Assembly (NCBI GenBank): GCA_937625935.1
Contig: OW569356.1
Span: 186,001 to 250,000 of the forward strand
Length of the DNA: 64,000 bases
DNA from: Tetramitus jugosus
Lineage: Eukaryota > Protista > Heterolobosea
Direction of reading: 5' to 3'
In this document: positions 56,047-64,000 of the stretch, piece after piece
Position numbering within the stretch: the stretch's first letter is position 1
How the letters are laid out: each line of letters begins with the position of its first letter
The notes under the pieces: model-generated
What the model was told of the DNA's origin: nothing
What the model saw: the letters and a program-made list of their open reading frames with translations, nothing else
Databases searched by the model: none
Made by a program: the position numbers and the translations under genes

Positions 56047-56505
56047 TTTTGTCTCTAATATTATGTTGTTTGAGTATATGTTATTGTTTGTCTTGTTGTG
56101 GTCCACCAACATGCACATGCGAGTTGACTTGATTCCAACAAGTACTCAACCAGAAGCGGAATAACAACATCCCAAAACATTGCCTGACCTCACAAACTCC
56201 TGGAAAAAACCATATTTCACCGCTGTTCCAAAAATAACATGTCGCTTCACACTACAGTTGTTTGGATATCATCAACTAGGATAGTGACCATGTTTCATCA
56301 TAATATACCATCATTATAATAATAACTTCAGGTATGGCATCTCTCACTCTTGAATTTTTTCTCATTGATCTGGGACCACGTGTTTGTTTGCTTTGTCACT
56401 GCTCAAAAACAAAACTCCGAGTTCGCCTTTTCAAAGGCGGTGAAACAGAAAAAGAAAACGATCACCAAAAAAAAAACAAAACAACAATTCGAAACTTGGA
56501 AAAGC

Positions 56506-57265
56506 ATGCTCAAGCTCACATATATTGCTAGAGTCAGTGATGGTCTTGCACTTGCTGCAAGCATGGAAGATGACACTGAGAGAGAACTAGAAGACTACAA
56601 GAAGCAACGAAAAAAGGTGATTCAACAATTGGCTTCTTTTCCTTCACCACCAGAGAAATTGACCATTGAATCAGGTCCATTTAATTTTCAGTATGTATTG
56701 TGTGTCTTTTTGTGAAGTGTATAAGAGACATTTTCATCAAACTAACAACAACAACAACAATCCTACTTGTTCATCAATGCCATCAAACAACAATAGTGTG
56801 TTGACGGAACATGGAATCACATACATGACACTGTGCGACAAGTCCTATTCCACACAATTGGCTTACAACTATTTGTCCGATCTGAAGAAGGAGTTTTATC
56901 AAATGTATGGACAGGAGGCTCACAGAGTGGAAACACCGTTTGCTTTCATTAAATTTGAAACATTTATTCAGAAATCGAAGCGAGTTTATTCCGATACGAG
57001 AACAAAGAGAAATATTCAAAAGTTGAAGGATGAATTAGAGGATGTACAGCAAATTATGAAGAGAAACATTGAAGAAGTGATTGGAAGAGGTCAAAAATTG
57101 GACAATATGAACACAATGAGCAGTAATTTACTAGATGGCGCAAAAAAGATGAAGAATCGAGCTGTTGATTTGAATAAGATGTACTTTTGGAGAACCTATG
57201 GTTATCTGATTGTTGTATTTGTGGTTGTCCTGTTTATGTTGATGCTAAAGTTTTACTTGTGGTAA
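56506..57265 (+). CDS. SEC22: R-SNARE SEC22 (2 exons)
   Basis: LTYIARVSDGLALAAS longin domain, intron 56691-56796, PFAFIKFETFIQK, NIEEVIGRG (NIE segment and R layer), C-terminal TM. Confidence 0.94.
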
Positions 57266-57356
57266 AAATATGATCATTTTTTGTAATTTTGAGAAGTGCA
57301 ATGTGCGTCTGCTGCGTGCCATGTGCAATAATTTATATATGTATTAATCTGTCATC

Positions 57357-59675
57357 TTACTGAGGGTCGTCATTTTCGATCCATTCAAAATATTTACATT
57401 GTTCGTTCTGTGGCTTGGGACACTTGGCGAATTGTTTCCCTTTTGATTTCTCAGTTTTTGATGTGAATACACGCACAGGTTCACCACAGAGGCACAACAT
57501 GTTTCCATTATTCGAACTATTGTTATTGGATCCAGATGGGTTGTTGGCTGCATTATTGCTATAGTTGTTGTTGTTGTTGCTGTTAGACGTATTCCGATTG
57601 TAGTTAGTGTTGTTGTTGTTAGTATTGCTATTCTGATTGAACGAAGAGAATTGTCTCATATTGCTCTGATTATTGTTAGTTCGATTGAGACTATTGTTGT
57701 TGCTATTGTTGTTATTCGAATTCCTGTTGTTAAAGTTTGTGATGGTTGTTTGTCGCATGGCTGTTCCTTGCTGTTGTTGATTACTTTCAGGGCGTGGTCT
57801 CTTGTTCGAATTGAGATTTGTATGATCGTTACTGTTGCCGTGTTTAAAGTATTTCCCAACTACTTTTTCCATAATGTCCTTCTTTTTCGTCACATCCCTC
57901 AAAATAAATTCATACATTTGCAAGTTCGTCTGAACCATCTCATCTTTGCTCCGTGTTCCTCTGCTGATTTCAGTCATCTCAGACTCCGTCTTTGCTCGAA
58001 GATTAGGTTTTGACAATTCAAATCCCATTGAATCATAGGCCTCAACAAGCGCAAGACCAAGCTCTGTTGGCTCGAAAACATTACCCTTCTTTGCTGCGTA
58101 ACTTCGTTTCTGAATAGTTTCAATGTGTTGTGCAATCGTAGCGTCCGTACCAATTCCGTTTTTGTCCATGAGACCAATGAGATCAGCTTCTGATAAGAGA
58201 GGAGGAGGTTGAGTTTGTCCATCGGTCATTCGAATTTCGGTCGGTTCAAATTGTTCATTCTCTGTGAACACAGGAATATCTTTGTCCGTCCATTTTTCAT
58301 ACTTAAATATTTCTAACCAATTTAGTTTAGAAACCATCAATCCCACAGTTGAGAATAGCTCGCCTGCAACGTTGATAGTGATGACAGTCTCGTGCCCAAT
58401 GGCGTCATCAGAACATGAGGCAAGAAAATGACGTGTAATTAACTCGTACAAATTCCTCTCGTCCACTGACAAGTTTTCACCACCAGGGTGCTTTGTTGGA
58501 TGAATGGGTGGATGCGCATTATCATTGTTCTTTCCCTTTCTTGGAAGCTTAAACTCTCCCTCAATCAATCTGGCCGAATATTCCCCCCAAGTATTGTCTC
58601 TCTCTTGTTCTCGAATAATCGCTTTCAATTCCTCCTCATTCAATGTATAAAAGTCTGTCTCAGTTCTTGGATAACTGATCAGACCCTTATTGTAGAGCGC
58701 TTCGGCGGTGTTCATTGCCTTATGTGAACTGGTATTCAATTTCCTAGCTGCTAGTTTTTGCATTTCAACTGTATTCAGAGGAACTGGTCTCCATCTGCGC
58801 TGCTCCTTTTTCAAAATTTTCTGCACTGTTGCCGTCGGATTCTCCATTACTATTTCAAATAGAACAACACAAGCCATTCGATCGAAAAGATTACCTCTAC
58901 ACCACGAAAATGAAACAGATTTGTTGTCTCTCTTGTAATTAATAGACAATCCCCAAAATGGCTCCACTACAAAGTTTTTTCTTCTCAAGTATCTCTGCAC
59001 AACAAATCCTAATGTTGGAAATTGGCACGGACCATAACTAATCACATTTTCTGGAAGATTTGCGAATCGATCACGCAGATGCAGCGTTTGAAAGCGAGTA
59101 AATGCAGCTCCCACCCGTAAATCAAGTTCTTGCCGAGCATCCACTGCGAGTGACAATCGTTCGTTGGGTGGTCCTAGAGTATTGATAGCGGACATGATTG
59201 CTCGTTGTGTAAACTCTGAAAATCTTGCTCTCTTGATCGTTCCGTTGCGTATCGACAGTGATCGATTGACACTAGAGCAGCATTGAATGACTTCAAATGC
59301 AATGTTTTCACCTTCTCTATCACCATCCAACCATAAAAATAATTGTTGAGCTCTTCTCGCTTCATCTTGAAGTGTCCTTGCAATATTGTCCGAATCCGGT
59401 GTTACCTCCTTCAGTACCTTTGTACGTGGGTTCATAAGAGTGCATGGATCACAACTATGCCAACTCTTGAAAGCAGGATCAATGTTCATATTCATCAAGT
59501 GACCCGTCACAGATGTAACCACCATATCGACCACCATTCCCTGATAATTCATCTTGAATTGATAAATTTGATTGTAGACGCTTCTTCCAGGAGTCCTTGT
59601 TGCTTTGCCTTGACTCAGAATGGCACTAATCTTTTTAGCAGCATCATTCTTTTCTGCCACATTTAAAATTCTCAT
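57357..59675 (-). CDS. TOP3A: DNA topoisomerase III alpha
   Basis: LNVAEK, TSVTGH, WLDGDREGENI, SYGPCQFPTLGF, catalytic ISYPRTET, AHPPIHP, GIGTDAT; C-terminal GRF zinc finger CLCG...C...CKYFEW. Confidence 0.95.
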   Translation of the reverse strand: MRILNVAEKNDAAKKISAILSQGKATRTPGRSVYNQIYQFKMNYQGMVVDMVVTSVTGHLMNMNIDPAFKSWHSCDPCTLMNPRTKVLKEVTPDSDNIARTLQDEARRAQQLFLWLDGDREGENIAFEVIQCCSSVNRSLSIRNGTIKRARFSEFTQRAIMSAINTLGPPNERLSLAVDARQELDLRVGAAFTRFQTLHLRDRFANLPENVISYGPCQFPTLGFVVQRYLRRKNFVVEPFWGLSINYKRDNKSVSFSWCRGNLFDRMACVVLFEIVMENPTATVQKILKKEQRRWRPVPLNTVEMQKLAARKLNTSSHKAMNTAEALYNKGLISYPRTETDFYTLNEEELKAIIREQERDNTWGEYSARLIEGEFKLPRKGKNNDNAHPPIHPTKHPGGENLSVDERNLYELITRHFLASCSDDAIGHETVITINVAGELFSTVGLMVSKLNWLEIFKYEKWTDKDIPVFTENEQFEPTEIRMTDGQTQPPPLLSEADLIGLMDKNGIGTDATIAQHIETIQKRSYAAKKGNVFEPTELGLALVEAYDSMGFELSKPNLRAKTESEMTEISRGTRSKDEMVQTNLQMYEFILRDVTKKKDIMEKVVGKYFKHGNSNDHTNLNSNKRPRPESNQQQQGTAMRQTTITNFNNRNSNNNNSNNNSLNRTNNNQSNMRQFSSFNQNSNTNNNNTNYNRNTSNSNNNNNYSNNAANNPSGSNNNSSNNGNMLCLCGEPVRVFTSKTEKSKGKQFAKCPKPQNEQCKYFEWIENDDPQ
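57540..57785. repeat. Degenerate (AAC)n tract encoding the Asn-rich linker of TOP3A
   Basis: Runs of ttg/gtt on the + strand. Similar (CAA)n tracts occur at 37890-37910, 38953-38970, 40493-40519 and 56744-56760. Confidence 0.7.
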
Positions 59676-59891
59676 TCGATATCAACGATCTGGTTGAGCC
59701 CCTCAGTAATGATGTTGTGTGCTGATTTTTTTATGATAAAGTCTTCTTGTCAGCAGCCAATGAATGTGCTTCGAGCTTTTGGTGGAAGTTTCGCTGCGGC
59801 AAAAATATTTCACTTCAACCGACACGTTGAACTTTGATCAAACACACAAATCACAAAAACAACAACGCACAAGACTGTTATTAAGCAGGAA

Positions 59892-62800
59892 ATGAATCCT
59901 CCTCAAGGACGTGCAACATCAACAGCCAACATCATTCCTGCCTCTCAAGTCAATCGTCCCACTGAGAGAAAATTTGCTCCTGCTCCTGCCAACTACGTGG
60001 CTGGTATCGGTAGAGGTGCCACTGGTTTTACCACGAGGTCCGATATAGGTCCTGCTAGAGTTGCTGCTGCAGCTGCCGTACAAAATTCTCTCTCTTACAG
60101 TGGTCCAGGTCAATTCGTTCCGGGATCTTTGAATGCACCGCCCTCTGTTAGCTTTGGTGCTGTTCCGGCGAATTATGTGGCAGGAAGAGGCAGAGGTGCA
60201 TTTGGATTTGGAACGGCAACGGGAGGTGCTGGTCCTGTTATGCCCGGCACACAGCCATTCACAGCAATGGGTGGAGGCTTTTCTCATCCAAGATCAACAA
60301 ATGAAGAGGGAAATGCTGGTAGTAGTGGCGCAGCATTTGCAGACTCCAATTTTGATAATTGGTCCGGTTTTAATGATGCTGGTCTGTTTGCCAGTTCGAG
60401 CTATGAGGCCGATGATAGAGAAGCAGATGAACAATGGGACATGGTTGACAAGAGAATGGAACAACGTAGAAAAAAGAATGCCAACGTTTCAAAAACAATG
60501 AGCAACGATAAAGATTTAGGTGAGAACGATCAACAAAAGATTGCTCAACAGTTTGTTGACTTGAAGCGCAAGTTAGTAGATGTGACTGCTGATGAGTGGT
60601 CAAAGATTCCAGAGGCAGCTGACAGAAGCATCAAAAAGAGAAAATTCGTACGGTATTCAGCCGTTCCTGACACATTGCTCGAAAGAGCACAAAAGGAAAC
60701 AATGACTGCGTCCAATTCAGTTTCAGGCGCACAGACAGATTTGAGAGCACTGGGAGAGGCCAGAGAAAGTATTATGAGGAATCAACTGAAAAAAGCTGAG
60801 GATTCAGTTTCAGGTCAGACGAACATTGATCCAAGAGGATATTTAACAGGACTAGACAGTTTGAGTATTATTGATAGTGCTGAATTGGGAGATCTGACAC
60901 GTGCACGTGAGTTTCTTCGAAGTGTGACAACAACCAATCCGACCCATGCACCTGCTTGGATAGCGAGAGCCCGAGTGGAAGAGATTGGTGTCAAGATGGA
61001 TCTTGCTAGAAAATATATAATGGAAGGTTGTGAACGGTGTGGAAAGTATAGTGAGGATGTTTGGCTTGAAGCAGCTCGTTTGCATCAGCCTAAAACTGCA
61101 AAAAGCATTCTCGCTAGAGCTGTCAATACTTTGAGTACGAATTCGATCAATATTTGGTTAAGAGCCGCGAGTTTAGAAACGAGTACGAAGGCAAAGAAGA
61201 ATGTGATACGAAAGGCACTAGAAGTTATGCCAGACAGTGTATTATTATGGAAGGAAGCAATTGAGTTGGAAGAAGATGAAAATGATGCAAGAATTTTGTT
61301 AAGTCGTGCAGTGGAGTGCATTCCTCAGAATGTAGATTTATGGCTCGCTCTTGCCCGTCTTGAGACTTACAAGAACGCAAAGATTGTATTGAACAAGGCG
61401 AGAAAACAACTTTCATCAGAACCGTTGATTTGGATCGCGGCAGCTGAACTTGAAGAGGCACATCTACTACAATCTGAGAATCCTGATGCCACAACATGTG
61501 CGAAGCATGTTCTAGCAATTGTAAAGAAGGGTATCGAACAACTCTCGAAGTATGAATCTGTTCTAAATCGAGAGAATTGGATAAAATATGCAAAGAAGGC
61601 AGAAGAGGCAAATCACTTGCATACCTCCAATGCGATTATCAATTGTGTAATTGGTTGGAATTTAGATCCTACTGAAAAGAAACATACGTGGATTCGCGAT
61701 GCAGATGAAGCTGCAAAAGAAGGATTTATATCCGTTGCACGTGCAATCTATTCAAACGCTCTATCGGAATTCCCCACTAAAGCTGGGATTTGGCGTAGAG
61801 TTGCAATGTTTGAAAAAGAGTACGGTTCTCCTGATAATTACATTAATGCACTTCGAAAGGCAGTTACACACAGGCCGGAAGTTGAAGAATTTTGGCTCAT
61901 GTGTGCAAAGGAGATATGGGTAGCAAAATCAGATGTGGACGGAGCACGAAAAGTATTAATGGATGCCGCTGATGCGAATCCTGATAGTGATAATATCTGG
62001 CTCGCTGCGGTAAAGCTTGAGTTTGAATCAGGAGAGTATGAGAAAGCAAGAGAATTGCTTGAGAAAGCTCGGACGAATGCCAATGCCGCTAGAGTATGGA
62101 TGAAGTCTGCTGTGTTTGAACGTAATGCAGGGCATTATGATCAAGAATGGAACATATTAAAACAAGCCATTGTCGATTTTCCAACCTTTGACAAGCTATG
62201 GATGATGGCAGGTCAGTGGCACGAGAGGAAAAATGATATACAATCTGGACGCGAGTACTATCTGAATGGCCTTCAACATAATCCAAAATCTATTGCACTA
62301 TGGCTTTGTCTCGCAAAGTTAGAGTTTACCACAAGTGGCCCAACCAGAGCAAGAGCCATCTTAGAGAAAGCAAGGCTCAGAAATCCTGGAATTCCAGAGC
62401 TATGGCTTGCGTCAACTAGAATTGAAAAAAGAGATCCAGATGTGGCCAAGTCAACACTATCAAGGGCGTTGCAAGAGTGTCCTAAATCTGGTCTACTATG
62501 GGCCAAATCTATCGACTTAGAAATCCGTGCCAAGCAAAAGGCACAAGGTGCTCTTGCACTAAGAAATTGCGAGGATCCATTGGTCATGATAGCAATTGGT
62601 AGAATTTTATGGAGAGAACGGAGGATTGAAAAGGCCAGAGAGTGGCTCACAAGAGCCTTAGCTGTTGACAAAGACTTGGGTGATGCATGGATTAATTTAT
62701 ATGCCTTCGAATTGGAACACGGAACACAGGCGAGTCAAGAGGAAGTCTTGAAAAATTGTAGTTTGGCTGACCCCCATCATGGTGAGTTGTGGACAAAAAC

Positions 62801-62927
62801 ATCGAAAGATCTCAAAAATCACTTGTCCCCAAAAGATATTCTGCAGCACGCTGCGCTCAACTTGGGATCAGAACTCGAAAGAGATTCCTTCTCAACCTAT
62901 GTGGCTCCAAGTTCTCTACCAGAGTAA
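59892..62927 (+). CDS. PRPF6: Pre-mRNA splicing factor PRP6 (U5 snRNP)
   Basis: NYVAGIGRGATGFTTRSDIGPAR, DDREAD..W..VD.RM, QQFVDLKRKL, DSVSGQT.IDPRGYLT, HAT/TPR repeats. Confidence 0.96.
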   Translation: MNPPQGRATSTANIIPASQVNRPTERKFAPAPANYVAGIGRGATGFTTRSDIGPARVAAAAAVQNSLSYSGPGQFVPGSLNAPPSVSFGAVPANYVAGRGRGAFGFGTATGGAGPVMPGTQPFTAMGGGFSHPRSTNEEGNAGSSGAAFADSNFDNWSGFNDAGLFASSSYEADDREADEQWDMVDKRMEQRRKKNANVSKTMSNDKDLGENDQQKIAQQFVDLKRKLVDVTADEWSKIPEAADRSIKKRKFVRYSAVPDTLLERAQKETMTASNSVSGAQTDLRALGEARESIMRNQLKKAEDSVSGQTNIDPRGYLTGLDSLSIIDSAELGDLTRAREFLRSVTTTNPTHAPAWIARARVEEIGVKMDLARKYIMEGCERCGKYSEDVWLEAARLHQPKTAKSILARAVNTLSTNSINIWLRAASLETSTKAKKNVIRKALEVMPDSVLLWKEAIELEEDENDARILLSRAVECIPQNVDLWLALARLETYKNAKIVLNKARKQLSSEPLIWIAAAELEEAHLLQSENPDATTCAKHVLAIVKKGIEQLSKYESVLNRENWIKYAKKAEEANHLHTSNAIINCVIGWNLDPTEKKHTWIRDADEAAKEGFISVARAIYSNALSEFPTKAGIWRRVAMFEKEYGSPDNYINALRKAVTHRPEVEEFWLMCAKEIWVAKSDVDGARKVLMDAADANPDSDNIWLAAVKLEFESGEYEKARELLEKARTNANAARVWMKSAVFERNAGHYDQEWNILKQAIVDFPTFDKLWMMAGQWHERKNDIQSGREYYLNGLQHNPKSIALWLCLAKLEFTTSGPTRARAILEKARLRNPGIPELWLASTRIEKRDPDVAKSTLSRALQECPKSGLLWAKSIDLEIRAKQKAQGALALRNCEDPLVMIAIGRILWRERRIEKAREWLTRALAVDKDLGDAWINLYAFELEHGTQASQEEVLKNCSLADPHHGELWTKTSKDLKNHLSPKDILQHAALNLGSELERDSFSTYVAPSSLPE

Positions 62928-62929
62928 AT

Positions 62930-64000
62930 TTATTCTAATTTCATTTGTGATTGAAGAATGTTGTTCAATTCAGCACGAGAAGCGAGCCAATCCTTGAAAG
63001 TCACAGAAAAAGGTTTTCTCTCACTTTGTGACAATTCCTCGTGTAACCATTCATTGAATATGATAAGCAAAGCATATCTCTCCAAATAATTAATACCTCT
63101 CTCATGAGCAAACTCGTGCTTGGCGGTCTTTGGCTGTTTTGCCTCAGGAATGGATTGAAGTTTGCAATCGTAGATAGTTGTCCGAAGATTTTGCATATGA
63201 CTGCAATTATCAATTACCTTGTCCACCTGACTCTTGTTTCTTGGTCCATATTTCAACACTCGCATTAGTTTTGTGATAATACGATAATTTCCATTTCTCA
63301 AATTCTGTGAAGGATCCGCAATGGGTGAAGGAGGAGAGTTCGATTCTACCAATTCTTTGGTGAGATCGTAAGCATTCAATCTCCAGGAGTTAATGAGCGC
63401 GAGAACAACTAGGCATGTCGTAGTACGACCTCTACCCATTTGACAGTTGGCCACGAAGTGTGTGGTGTGAGGATTTGCGCTGACAGCTGCACGAACTATC
63501 GCATCAAAATCATCAGGATCGGGTGCTCGCTCGTCAGTAATCGGTATTCTGTAAAAATCAACTAAATATCCCTCCTGTCTCTTTGAATGATAGATATCCC
63601 TTAGTGTTACAATAGATTCATTGTCGATCGGAATATAGTGTGTGTATGGTTGCATGTCATCAGTTTCATCATGACTCAAAATGCTATTGTTTGTGGTTTC
63701 TGACTCTTTCAAGATATCGTGCTTCAGCCTGTCCTCCATATTCTCAACACGATCTGAAGTGATGCCAGCCTGGATGATGTTCTCAAAAGGGCGGTCAATA
63801 TCTCGCAAACAATAAGGCTCATTATTGATGTAAACGAGTGGTTCCTCTCTCAAATTGATCCAAACCACTTGATTCTGTTTAGCTTTTAGTAGGTTGAGCA
63901 CATTCTCAATTCCTGTCTTTGTTGGTATTGCTACACCATAGATCTGACCATATTGTGATCCTATTTGTCTAAAATTCGGAGCTCCTTCAATATGAGGCAA
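62930..64000 (-). CDS. Paladin-like (PTP-like) phosphatase, 3' part
   Basis: GAPNFR, YGVAIPT, WINLREEP.VYIN, Y.RIPITDERAP, NCQMGRGRTT, YLERY..LI.F; start is beyond the window. Confidence 0.88.
   Translation of the reverse strand: MPHIEGAPNFRQIGSQYGQIYGVAIPTKTGIENVLNLLKAKQNQVVWINLREEPLVYINNEPYCLRDIDRPFENIIQAGITSDRVENMEDRLKHDILKESETTNNSILSHDETDDMQPYTHYIPIDNESIVTLRDIYHSKRQEGYLVDFYRIPITDERAPDPDDFDAIVRAAVSANPHTTHFVANCQMGRGRTTTCLVVLALINSWRLNAYDLTKELVESNSPPSPIADPSQNLRNGNYRIITKLMRVLKYGPRNKSQVDKVIDNCSHMQNLRTTIYDCKLQSIPEAKQPKTAKHEFAHERGINYLERYALLIIFNEWLHEELSQSERKPFSVTFKDWLASRAELNNILQSQMKLE

Noticed and set aside
1-64000. CRISPR arrays, rRNA, spliceosomal snRNAs, telomeric repeats
   Set aside because: No spaced direct repeats or recognisable conserved RNA motifs seen by eye; only trinucleotide microsatellites.

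Overview
Very gene-dense eukaryotic nuclear DNA from a protist, with short GT-AG introns (mostly GTATGT/GTAAGT donors, ~50-145 nt). A heterolobosean/discoban origin is inferred, not shown, from RGS-START and F-box-GTPase fusions plus compact, intron-poor genes. There are about 38 protein genes: MAP2K, SAM-RBR E3, divergent SMC4-like, peroxisomal acyl-CoA oxidase, GH99 endomannosidase, RGS-START, MTFP1, HMG-CoA synthase, IPT/ankyrin factor, 5'-nucleotidase, TMEM144-like, PEX7-like, CNBD channel, RNFT-like, cyclin H, GAD, S66 LD-carboxypeptidase, OTU-phosphatase fusion, beta-helix membrane protein, SEC22, TOP3A, PRP6, paladin-like and others. There is also one tRNA-Asn(GTT). Most notable: (1) a 5'-truncated non-LTR retrotransposon fragment head-to-head immediately upstream of the tRNA, like tRNA-gene-targeted retroelements; (2) stop codons systematically embedded in the poly(A) hexamer (11 genes end xAA-TAA-A; 21 of 36 end TAAA), with convergent genes only 2-7 bp apart; (3) an OTU deubiquitinase fused to a DUSP11/RNA-triphosphatase-like domain. 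All protein calls come from motif recognition by eye; no searches were run.
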